Position numbers and translations under genes: made by a program. Below, piece after piece: positions 7,197 to 15,657 of a stretch of DNA of 50,238 nucleotides. The notes under the pieces were generated by a model. It was given only the letters and a program-made list of their open reading frames with translations, was not told the origin of the DNA and made no database searches. Numbering within the stretch: position 1 is the first letter of the stretch; every line of letters starts with the position of its first letter. Source of the stretch: Patescibacteria group bacterium (GTDB lineage: Bacteria; Patescibacteriota; Patescibacteriia; GWA2-46-9); NCBI GenBank assembly GCA_041660005.1, contig JBAZXG010000002.1:188037-238274 (forward strand). The letters run 5' to 3'.

Positions 7197-8549
7197 TTAT
7201 CGTCGCAACAGTTTTTTTCTTCTGAGGAGTGTGTGGTAACTTTTGCAAAATCGATGGGCTTCATCACGGACGCGTTGCACAAGGTGCAGAGCTGACGAAG
7301 TTCGGGGAAGGACAATTGCGTCGACTCGTTTAGGTACAAAAATTTCTTCAAGACGTTTAGCAAGCGAGATTAATGGTACATCAAGGTTGAGTTCGCGCCA
7401 AACTTCGAGCGCTGCGCCAAGTTGCGGTCGGCCGCCGTCGACGACGACCAAGTCGGGCATAGGCCATCCTTCTTCGCCTTGGCTACGAAGGATAAGTTGG
7501 CCTTCGTTTGCTGCTGTTATTGAGTGTAAAAATCTGCGACGCAGTACTTCTTTTAAACTGGCAACATCATTCGCACCAATAACGGTTTTTATTTTAAATT
7601 TTTTATATTCACTCTTGTCCGCCACGCCGTCGATAAACACCACCATGGAGGCGGTTGTTAATGTTCCCGAAACATGCGAAATGTCGTAACCCTCGATGCG
7701 GTGCGGCGGTTTTGGTAATTCGAGAACATGGCCAAGTTCAACAACATCTCCTTCAACTTTTTCACTCTGTTGCAGAACGTGAGTCATAACAATAACTTTT
7801 TCTAACCATTGAATTTGCCGTTTTATAAGCTCTTCTTTATATTCATTTCTCATACCAACATTCTCAAGTTTGTTGGTATGTTGTTTGAGGGTTTTGAGTT
7901 CTTGTTTTAAGGAAGAAATGACTCGTCCACGCTTACCCTCAAAGAACATTTTTATACGTCGAATAGTTTTTTTGTATTCACGCGAGGTTACTCTGCCAGC
8001 GCAAACGCCTGGGCAGAGGCCAAGATGAGCGTCGAGACACCCAACTACGCTCTCCGAGCTACGCTGGGCAGGTGCGCGATATGAGTTTGGCTTGCACGTT
8101 GTGCGGTAGGGAAACATTTTTCTAAGTATGCGAAGGGTCTCTTTAACAGCCCGTGCGTCAGTGAATGGTCCGTAGTAGGTTCCTTCACTACCAATTTTTC
8201 TTGTCGGCAAAATCCGTGGATATTCTTCGTCGGTAATAACGACCGAGAGAAAAGTTTTGTCATCGCGGAGTAGCACGTTGTATGGTGGGCGGTATTTTTT
8301 AATGTAGTGTGCCTCCAATAACAATGCCTCAATTTCAGAATCAGTTTCTTCCCAAATAACGTCGCTCGCCTCAGCCATGAGCCTGTGCTTAGCAGAGGAG
8401 AGGTTGGCACTTACCCTGAAGTAAGAACTCACCCGTTTTTTGAGGTTGCTGGCTTTGCCAACATAAAGCACCGCGCGTCCTTTTTTATAGAAATAGACGC
8501 CAGGGGTTTCAGGGAGGTTTTTTTTGTTCAGACTTATCATCAAATTCAT
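7197..8549 (-). CDS. uvrC: Excinuclease ABC subunit C, short form (450 aa)
   Basis: N-terminal GIY-YIG (GVYFYKKGRAVLYVGKASNLKKRVSSYF) and a C-terminal endonuclease region (IEGYDISH...VVVDGG..QL...RDEAHRF). The protein ends right after that region, so the (HhH)2 domain is absent. Confidence 0.9.
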   Translation of the reverse strand: MNLMISLNKKNLPETPGVYFYKKGRAVLYVGKASNLKKRVSSYFRVSANLSSAKHRLMAEASDVIWEETDSEIEALLLEAHYIKKYRPPYNVLLRDDKTFLSVVITDEEYPRILPTRKIGSEGTYYGPFTDARAVKETLRILRKMFPYRTTCKPNSYRAPAQRSSESVVGCLDAHLGLCPGVCAGRVTSREYKKTIRRIKMFFEGKRGRVISSLKQELKTLKQHTNKLENVGMRNEYKEELIKRQIQWLEKVIVMTHVLQQSEKVEGDVVELGHVLELPKPPHRIEGYDISHVSGTLTTASMVVFIDGVADKSEYKKFKIKTVIGANDVASLKEVLRRRFLHSITAANEGQLILRSQGEEGWPMPDLVVVDGGRPQLGAALEVWRELNLDVPLISLAKRLEEIFVPKRVDAIVLPRTSSALHLVQRVRDEAHRFCKSYHTLLRRKKLLRR

Positions 8550-8621
8550 TATAACATTACGTCGATTTTAAGGGTTTATCTTAAGTCGTATAACGTACAG
8601 CCTATAGCGTTCATCCTATCA

Positions 8622-8649
8622 TTGTATAGTCTCAAGAATGGCGTATAAT
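8622..8649 (+). promoter_or_regulatory. Sigma-70-like promoter of 8683-9006
   Basis: TTGTAT, 16-nt spacer, TATAAT. The same module recurs at 10496-10523 and 11607-11634. Confidence 0.5.
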
Positions 8650-8682
8650 TGTACTGTTCACTAAATAAATTAACTAAACATT

Positions 8683-9006
8683 ATGTCTTTTTTTAGAAAA
8701 GCAGGAGCACCAGGAACAATAGGAGCAGATTCGGATCCGAGACATGAAGAACTTGTTGAGGAAATGAGAGTTGTCGCACAGGCACATGAAATATACGAAG
8801 GGCTGGTTGGAACCGGAGAAGTTGGGAATATTATGGAGATTCCTGAAGGCGGTTCCGAGTTAGATGGCGCAATACAAGCTGCCTGGGAAAGGGTTCAAGT
8901 CGAACTGAATGCAAAAGGAATTAAATCGACAGATAAAATCGGCGGAAAATTTCGCGGCGAACTTAATGACGCATGGGGTCTCAAACACGTAGGGGTCGAT
9001 TACTAG
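8683..9006 (+). CDS. Hypothetical protein (107 aa), acidic
   Basis: ORF only; no recognisable motif. It is the first gene of the AT-rich island. Confidence 0.45.
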   Translation: MSFFRKAGAPGTIGADSDPRHEELVEEMRVVAQAHEIYEGLVGTGEVGNIMEIPEGGSELDGAIQAAWERVQVELNAKGIKSTDKIGGKFRGELNDAWGLKHVGVDY

Positions 9007-9113
9007 ATTTTTGGAAATAGGTATTAGATGGTAGGAGTTGGTAACAAGAAAAATAATTTCTGACTTTAGTTTTTAATAGCACGGATATTAGTTCTAAAAA
9101 ACTAGCAGTTGAT

Positions 9114-9704
9114 GTGGTCATTCTTCCTCCGGTTGAGGTAATAGAGAAGTTGATAGATATTAATCGGCAGGCGACGGCAAAAAATGCGGCATGGGGGTCA
9201 TTGGCAAAAGACGACTTTTTGCCACACCTATCACTTGCAATGGGTGGTGTTGAATATGACAATCTCGAAAAGGTAAAAAATGTTATCAAAGACACGATAA
9301 GCGAGTTTGGTGCGATCTCAATAGAGTTAAATGAATTATATTTTGTCGAAAGACCGGATGGCTCGCGAAATTATTGTTTCAGAGTTAAAAACACGTCAGT
9401 TCTCCAGCAGTTGCATGAAAAATTAATGAATAATCTTCGACCATATTTTTCTTATGACTGCACAAAGGATTCACTTTTCTCAAAACCAGGAGAAGAAATT
9501 ATTGTGCCAGACTACCTTAACAAATACCTTTCGTCATACAGTTTTAATGCCTTTGAACCACACATTACCTTAAGAACCAAAGAAGCCGTTGGTCAGGAGT
9601 ATTTGCCAATCAAATTTATTGCAAATAAAGTCGCAGTTTTCCACGCCGGAGTAATGACTACCTGTAGAAAAGAATTTTTTGCAGTAGAGCTGGCGAGGTC
9701 TTAA
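9114..9704 (+). CDS. 2H phosphoesterase superfamily protein (LigT / cyclic-phosphodiesterase-like)
   Basis: Two H-x-S/T-x motifs at the expected spacing: PHLSLA (about aa 37) and PHITLR (about aa 150). GTG start. Confidence 0.65.
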   Translation: MVILPPVEVIEKLIDINRQATAKNAAWGSLAKDDFLPHLSLAMGGVEYDNLEKVKNVIKDTISEFGAISIELNELYFVERPDGSRNYCFRVKNTSVLQQLHEKLMNNLRPYFSYDCTKDSLFSKPGEEIIVPDYLNKYLSSYSFNAFEPHITLRTKEAVGQEYLPIKFIANKVAVFHAGVMTTCRKEFFAVELARS

Positions 9705-9734
9705 GATTTAACGAAGTAGGTTTTTAAATTTTTT

Positions 9735-10415
9735 ATGGAAAGAGAAACTTTCATTCATCCAAGCGGCAAGCGAGAATCAGAAGTAGATATTAATGAAGTG
9801 CGCGGGCTGGGGAGCGGTACATTCGGCTGGGTTCGCGAAGCTGTCGTAAGTAAAGGCAACGTCAAACGTACTATGGCTTTGAAGCATTTTTTTAAAGGTC
9901 GAGAACAAGCTCAAAGCGCTTTTGATAATTATAAGTTAGCAAAAAAAGCTGGCTTAAAAGTTTTTACCACATATCGTATCAGCAAAGAAGGGGACGCTAT
10001 TTTAATGACAAACGGAAATGATAAGGAAACTGTTTGTTTGTCCCTCAGTCCGAAGGAAGATAGACCAAAAGCATTGGACGGCGAGTCTATTGAAAAAATA
10101 GAAAATTTTGATGAACTATTGCAAAACTTATATCAAGAGGCAGAAAAAGCAACGAAGAATGGGCTTTATTTCAATGGTGATGAAATCTTCTTCCTCGTCG
10201 ATAAAAAAACAAAAACAAAGGTAAGTTTTGTTTTGGGAGATATGGACGGTATATCAGTAGACCCTATGAGATTTGAGGGTGTACCATATGACAATATCGC
10301 CGAAGTTGGGGCATCAGTTGTCGTGTTTTTAGATAAATATATGTCACCCGAAGTGAGCGAGGCTTACGCTCAAAAAGTACGAGAATTCTTTTCCCACAAA
10401 AAACAAAGCGCTTGA
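9735..10415 (+). CDS. Minimal protein-kinase-like fold protein (226 aa, atypical)
   Basis: Gly-rich loop GLGSGTFGWV, VAIK-type lysine (TMALKHF), and a DFG-like LGDMDG. No canonical HRD loop (NGDEIFFLVD sits in its place). Confidence 0.4.
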   Translation: MERETFIHPSGKRESEVDINEVRGLGSGTFGWVREAVVSKGNVKRTMALKHFFKGREQAQSAFDNYKLAKKAGLKVFTTYRISKEGDAILMTNGNDKETVCLSLSPKEDRPKALDGESIEKIENFDELLQNLYQEAEKATKNGLYFNGDEIFFLVDKKTKTKVSFVLGDMDGISVDPMRFEGVPYDNIAEVGASVVVFLDKYMSPEVSEAYAQKVREFFSHKKQSA

Positions 10416-10578
10416 AACTTTCAAGCATTTGTTACCGACGCCGATCCTAGGGGTTTGTTTAAGGCGTATAACGTACAGCTTACAGCTTTGATGGTTTGTA
10501 TCGTATCCAGAAAGGTGTATTCGTATTAAAATATATTAGCCGGAAGTGCGACCGAATGGTTATTTAATGGGGTAAGTT

Positions 10579-11586
10579 ATGACAAAAAAAGATTTTAAAA
10601 AAGGCGAAATAATAATTTACAAAAATCCTCAAAATGAGGTGGACTTGAGCGTAAAGCTGGATCAAGAAACGGTCTGGCTTTCTTTGGATCAAATGGCACT
10701 ATTATTTGACCGTGATAAATCGGTCATCTCCCGTCATATTAAAAATGTTTTCCAAGAAAATGAGCTTAAACAAGGTTCAGTTGTTGCAAATTTTGCAACA
10801 ACTGCCGTCGACGGAAAAACTTACCAAGTAGATTATTACAATTTAGATGTTATTATTTCCGTTGGTTATCGGGTGAAATCGCAAAACGGTGTCAAATTTA
10901 GAATTTGGGCTAGCAGAGTCCTGAAACAATATCTTACTAAAGGTTACACTATTAACGAGAAGAGACTTTTGGAAGCAAAAAATAAGTTTTACGAACTTCA
11001 AGAAGCGATTAGTTTTCTTAAAAAACAGTCCCAGAAAGAATTGTTGAGCGGACAGGAAACGGAAATTTTGAATTTACTGGCAGATTACTCAAAGACACTT
11101 TCTTTGCTCGACCAATATGACAAAAATAAACTAGGAGTTCAAAAAGGTAGAAAATCAAAGTTCGTTTTGCCGTATGAAGATTGTGTAAAAATTGTCGTCG
11201 AATTAAAAAAAGAACTTATCGCCAAAAAAGAAGCCGGTGATTTATTTGGGCAGGAGCGAGGTGGATGTTTTGAAGGAATTGTCAGGGGGCTTTACCAGAC
11301 GTTTGCCAAGAAAGAATTGTATCCAACCATCGAAGATAAAGCAGCTCATTTGTTCTATCTCACTATCAAAGATCATCCATTTTCTGATGGCAACAAAAGA
11401 ACCGCTGCATTTTTGTTTGTCTATTTTCTAGATAAGTCCGAATATCTTTTCAAAAAATCAGGTGAGCGGAAAATCAACGATAACGCTTTGACCGCGCTTG
11501 CACTATTAGTTGCCGTAAGTGATCCAAAAGATAAAGAAACGATGATTAAAATTGTTAAGAACTTAATTACCGAAGACGAAAAGTAA
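10579..11586 (+). CDS. RhuM-family N-terminal domain fused to a Fic/Doc domain
   Basis: The N-terminal ~130 aa (..LDQMALLFDRDKSVISRHIKNVF...YNLDVIISVGYRVKS..GVKFRIWA) are RhuM-like. The C-terminus carries the Fic/Doc motif HPFSDGNKRTAAF. Confidence 0.75.
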   Translation: MTKKDFKKGEIIIYKNPQNEVDLSVKLDQETVWLSLDQMALLFDRDKSVISRHIKNVFQENELKQGSVVANFATTAVDGKTYQVDYYNLDVIISVGYRVKSQNGVKFRIWASRVLKQYLTKGYTINEKRLLEAKNKFYELQEAISFLKKQSQKELLSGQETEILNLLADYSKTLSLLDQYDKNKLGVQKGRKSKFVLPYEDCVKIVVELKKELIAKKEAGDLFGQERGGCFEGIVRGLYQTFAKKELYPTIEDKAAHLFYLTIKDHPFSDGNKRTAAFLFVYFLDKSEYLFKKSGERKINDNALTALALLVAVSDPKDKETMIKIVKNLITEDEK

Positions 11587-11812
11587 TTTCCACAACATTT
11601 TGCGGTTTGTATAGTAACTAAAAGGGCGTATATTATAACCAGAACACGTTGGGCAGGAACGAGTTAAGTGAAGTATTCCTTTTTTTACGGGTTGTCATCC
11701 ATTGTTTGTTTTAATTATAGAGGGGGTATAAGGTGTTTTCTCCGTTCCGCCCCAAAAAGGATTTATTTATTAGGGGAAATTAAGTCCAATAACAATAAAT
11801 TGATTTGATCAT

Positions 11813-12754
11813 ATGGTAGAAGTCTCAAAAAAGTACAGAAAAAAACTCGATGAGATGAAACTACTTTTAGAAGCCATCAACTTTGATAACAGACAAAATA
11901 CTGACTTAACGGGCTGGTCAGTTTTGGCTTTACAAGATCACAACCCACAACAAACCAAGGCGGGATTTAACTCTCTGGCTGAGGGGGCAAGTATTAGAGA
12001 TATTTTGGACTTTTGTAGAGCTTGTGGGACAAATTACGCAGAGAATACTCGAGAAAGCTTACGAAAATTAAGCATAAAATATTTGGTAGATGCAGGTATC
12101 GTCGTCAGAAATCACGACAATCCAGGAAGACCAACAAATTCAGCAAAAACAAATTACATTCTAAACCAGGAGATTTTGAAAATCTTAGTGACAAAGGGTA
12201 AAGAAAAAACCAGATTGATAAATGCGTGGAAAAAGAAGTATTCTGCTGATACGAAAACTGACAACTGGAGACGAGATAAATCACTAAAAGTAACTTTTTC
12301 TGGATTCCATTATCAAATACACCCTTCTCCGCATAACTACCTATCAAAAATAGCGGTAGAAAAATTTTTGCCTGCGATCGAAGAACAATTTGAAATACTG
12401 TACTTCTCAGACACAGACGATAAATCTTTACATATAGCAGCCTCTTTAAAAAAATTTTTAGGCACGGGTTTTGATGTACATAAACATATGCCAGATGTTG
12501 TAGCGTACGGCTTAAAGTCTAAAACCTTATTTTTCATTGAATCTATTGCCTCAGCTGGCGAAATAAATGATCTGCGCAAAAAAGAACTTGATGAGTTATT
12601 TCCAGTTCAAAATGGAACAAAAAGACGCTATATTAGCGTCTTTTTGGACAGAAAGATATTTCGCAAATTTAGTGAAACCGTTTCAAATGGCACTGAAGCA
12701 TGGATAGCCAATAAAGTGCCTCACATTATTTCATTCCGGCCACTCAAGACATAA
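11813..12754 (+). CDS. Type II restriction endonuclease, BsuBI/PstI family (tentative)
   Basis: The C-terminal half (..HNYLSKIAVEKFLPAI..FEILYFSDTDDKSL....MPDVVAY....LFFIESIASAGEI...RKKEL) follows my recollection of the BsuBI/PstI catalytic domain. It is convergent with, and overlaps, an N6-adenine MTase. Confidence 0.6.
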   Translation: MVEVSKKYRKKLDEMKLLLEAINFDNRQNTDLTGWSVLALQDHNPQQTKAGFNSLAEGASIRDILDFCRACGTNYAENTRESLRKLSIKYLVDAGIVVRNHDNPGRPTNSAKTNYILNQEILKILVTKGKEKTRLINAWKKKYSADTKTDNWRRDKSLKVTFSGFHYQIHPSPHNYLSKIAVEKFLPAIEEQFEILYFSDTDDKSLHIAASLKKFLGTGFDVHKHMPDVVAYGLKSKTLFFIESIASAGEINDLRKKELDELFPVQNGTKRRYISVFLDRKIFRKFSETVSNGTEAWIANKVPHIISFRPLKT

Positions 12755-14301
12755 TTTGATTCATCTGGCGTTAAGCCATAAGCAGCATTGATAGCTTTTT
12801 CTAAGTGCTCATTATCTACTTCGTTTTTTGCAGCGTCCTTCAAAAAGTCAACATCATGAGGAATAGGGAAAATTCTAATTTCTTTAGCAGAAACTTGAGT
12901 ATTTCCATTTATAAGTCGAAATAAACGATCCCATAAGGCACTGTTTAACAAAATTTGTAGAATCTCAAGAGATGGAGCTTGTTCATGTTCTCGTTTGATA
13001 AAGTTTAAGTGGTTTTCCAAAAAATAACCTTGAGCATCCCCCGGAATTAATGCCCCCTCCAATCTTCGATTCTGTTCCTTAGTACTAATACGCTTGAATG
13101 CTAAAACTGGCTCACGCAATTTTTCAGTTTCAATTTCTTTGCAGTCGATCACCAAGTGTTGTCTGCCTTTCTGTTTTTTATTTGGCTCAAATTTACGCGC
13201 GGTTATATTGTGCGACCAATAAATTGGCCGGTGGTTTTTTTTATCATCTTCTGTCAAATATTCTTTCATCCTATAGGGTACTATTTGACCAGTGGAAACA
13301 CGCAAGCCAGCATGAGCAATTTTTTTAAACCCATTCTTAAAGCATTTGTTGACAAGTTGCATGTCAAACTTATTTGAGGGGATACAAATTATATCTTCCC
13401 AAAAAACAGTACTATATGGTGACTTAAATGTGCTTATCTCAAATTTCCCGTTCGTAAATGCCACACCCACCCTCACATCTTTTTTAGTCGGCTCTGAATT
13501 CTGAATAGTTAGCAAAACTTGTTCCTGCAACACATCTGGAAAAGTCCCCTTTCTTTCATAGAGAGTTATTATTTCTCCAGTGGAGACCTGTTCTGCTAAA
13601 ATTTGCCTTAATTTTGAAAAGTATGCGCCAGAAACAAAACTTTTAGGAATTATATAACCTAAACTTCCGCCCTTTTTTAACAAATTAATACCGGCCTCAA
13701 CAAAAGACGCGTATAAATTTGGATGACCAAGATTCTGTTTTGGAGAAGCCCTTAAATATGGTGGATTACCAAGAATACAGTCAAATTCATACTTTTTGGA
13801 AAATAGTCCATCTATACTTTCCAAGGAATTCTTACACTTAATATTGAAATCTGTATCTAAAGTTATTTTATAACCGTTTTTCGCAAGATAACCTCTAATA
13901 TTTGCTAAAGAAATCCTAATTAGAACCGGATCAATGTCAAATCCAAAAATTTTATTTTGTATGTCCTGTAAATCTGTGTGCGAATTTACTAACTTTTCGG
14001 TTACTGCAAGCAAGAACCTACCACTCCCGCAAGATATGTCAGCTACAGTATGTAATTTTTTATAGCGGGTACTTTTTATCAAATAGTCAACAATGCTCTT
14101 TGGCGTAAAAAATTGTCCATATTTAGATTTATGTTGCTTTGGTGCATTTTTTTCATAAAAACTTCCAAGCCCGTCCCAATCGTTTATATCAAAAGGCAAT
14201 TCCAAAATTTTCTTTGCACCAATAACATCACATGCCGCTTCAAACGACTCGCATAACTTGTCCCAATATTTAATATCATTGTTTGGCATTGGAAAATTCA
14301 T
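12721..14301 (-). CDS. N6-adenine DNA methyltransferase (gamma class, Eco57I/TaqI-like)
   Basis: GQFFTPKSIV, motif I ADISCGSGRFLL, motif IV ILGNPPYLRA. Start set at ATG 14301 (alternative 14289). The 3' end overlaps the REase gene by 34 nt. Confidence 0.85.
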   Translation of the reverse strand: MNFPMPNNDIKYWDKLCESFEAACDVIGAKKILELPFDINDWDGLGSFYEKNAPKQHKSKYGQFFTPKSIVDYLIKSTRYKKLHTVADISCGSGRFLLAVTEKLVNSHTDLQDIQNKIFGFDIDPVLIRISLANIRGYLAKNGYKITLDTDFNIKCKNSLESIDGLFSKKYEFDCILGNPPYLRASPKQNLGHPNLYASFVEAGINLLKKGGSLGYIIPKSFVSGAYFSKLRQILAEQVSTGEIITLYERKGTFPDVLQEQVLLTIQNSEPTKKDVRVGVAFTNGKFEISTFKSPYSTVFWEDIICIPSNKFDMQLVNKCFKNGFKKIAHAGLRVSTGQIVPYRMKEYLTEDDKKNHRPIYWSHNITARKFEPNKKQKGRQHLVIDCKEIETEKLREPVLAFKRISTKEQNRRLEGALIPGDAQGYFLENHLNFIKREHEQAPSLEILQILLNSALWDRLFRLINGNTQVSAKEIRIFPIPHDVDFLKDAAKNEVDNEHLEKAINAAYGLTPDESNYVLSGRNEIM

Positions 14302-14890
14302 AAGAATATATACCCCTAACAACACCCTCAATTCTAAAATCCTTACTTGCAACAAACGGTTCGTATTTGGAATTGAGCGAAGTCAGAATAATTTGCTTCC
14401 CCTTTTGAATTTTTTTAATCAAAGCTTCACCATCGTTTATACACAAAACTATACTTGCACTCTCGGCGTCATTTGCTCTGCGTACAATAACTAAGTCTTT
14501 GTCATTTATCTTTGGCGACATCGAATCCCCTTTTGCCTTTACCATAAAAGCTTCTTCAGAAGAAAATCCAAGTATTTTTGAAGCTATAGGCACTCTTTCA
14601 ATCGGACTGTCGTCTAGAATCGACCCTTTTGGTCCACAATGAGCAAGGCCATACATATTGAGGTATGTGATTTTCTTTTCGGGTTCATCTGCCAAAATTT
14701 GATAGTCTTGTGTATTAACTGGGTTGCGCCTCAAATAGCCCTTTTTTTCTAACTGTTGAATGTGGTGGTATACAAGACTCGGCGAAGAAAGACTCAACTT
14801 TTCCTGCATCTCACGAATTGTCAAAGGATCTTCTATATTAATTTTTAGAAGCTCCAATAACTTTTTTTGTGCTGGATGAAGTTTATCCAT
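14276..14890 (-). CDS. LexA-like repressor (winged-helix plus S24 autopeptidase)
   Basis: N-terminal wHTH (PLTIREMQEKLSLSSPSLVYHHIQQLEKKGYL), a cleavage-site-like GLAHCGPKG, the Ser nucleophile in KGDSMSP, and the Lys in LIKKIQ. ATG 14890 is preferred over TTG 14902. Confidence 0.75.
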   Translation of the reverse strand: MDKLHPAQKKLLELLKINIEDPLTIREMQEKLSLSSPSLVYHHIQQLEKKGYLRRNPVNTQDYQILADEPEKKITYLNMYGLAHCGPKGSILDDSPIERVPIASKILGFSSEEAFMVKAKGDSMSPKINDKDLVIVRRANDAESASIVLCINDGEALIKKIQKGKQIILTSLNSKYEPFVASKDFRIEGVVRGIYSYEFSNAKQ

Positions 14891-14911
14891 AAGCTTGTTC
14901 AACTTAACTTG

Positions 14912-14940
14912 AGTATAACCTGTGGATAGAATGAAGTCAA
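14912..14940 (-). promoter_or_regulatory. Sigma-70-like promoter for the lexA-like/MTase operon
   Basis: On the minus strand: TTGACT (14940-14935), 17-nt spacer, TATACT (14917-14912). Two direct TGTTCT repeats lie at 14954-14959 and 14966-14971, just upstream. Confidence 0.5.
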
Positions 14941-15284
14941 GAAGGTATTGACTTGTTCTATTATCTGTTCTACATTTGTATCGTTATCCAATAATTCCAA
15001 AAAAATGAGCAACTATCACGTTACCTAAAATAAAGATTCCAGCGTGTAGCAAGCCAAACGAGTTAGGGTTGAACGCGCAGGCGGACTCTACAACACTCAA
15101 GCCAAAGCCGAAAAAGCTACAAAAGGCTTTGTAGCAAATAACGGTAGAGGTGAAGTAAGAATTCACAGACAAAGCGGCCCGATTCGTGACAGCGATACTG
15201 TTGCGCCAGGAAGTGAGCCATACCAACCTAGGGACACTAAGTAATAATTCGTCACTTAGTTTTTAATTCTTAATTTTTAACCAT

Positions 15285-15656
15285 ATGGCAGATAAAAAAA
15301 CGATCTTTGTTGCTTTTGCAATTGAAGATGAGAGGCAAAGGGACTTTCTTAAAGGACAGTCCCTAAATACAGATTCACCATTCGAGTACGTAGATATGTC
15401 GGTTAAAGAACCATATGACTCCGACTGGAAAGAGCGCGTTCGCACGCGTATCCGCCGTTCCGATGGAGTCATTGCTCTTATAAGCAGAAATTCTCTTAGC
15501 TCAAGTGGTCAAAAGTGGGAAATCGAGTGTGCTCGGGAAGAAAAGAAAAAGATTTTAGGAATTTGGGTATACAAAGATGACCGAACTAATCTAGTCGGAG
15601 TAAATACAGTAGTGTGGACATGGGAAGCGATTAAAAATTTCATAAACAATCTGTAA
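15285..15656 (+). CDS. Stand-alone TIR-like domain protein (ThsB / DUF1863 type)
   Basis: [12 protein letters not shown]...[58 protein letters not shown] follows the DUF1863/ThsB TIR pattern, including the S..W.[IE]E catalytic-Glu context. Confidence 0.7.
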   Translation: MADKKTIFVAFAIEDERQRDFLKGQSLNTDSPFEYVDMSVKEPYDSDWKERVRTRIRRSDGVIALISRNSLSSSGQKWEIECAREEKKKILGIWVYKDDRTNLVGVNTVVWTWEAIKNFINNL

Positions 15657-15657
15657 T

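Noticed and set aside
14984-15226. 80-aa minus-strand ORF in the lexA-like/TIR intergenic region as a membrane protein gene.
   Set aside because: It has a TTG start, no SD, and odd composition. It is retained only as an alternative explanation in the finding on this region.
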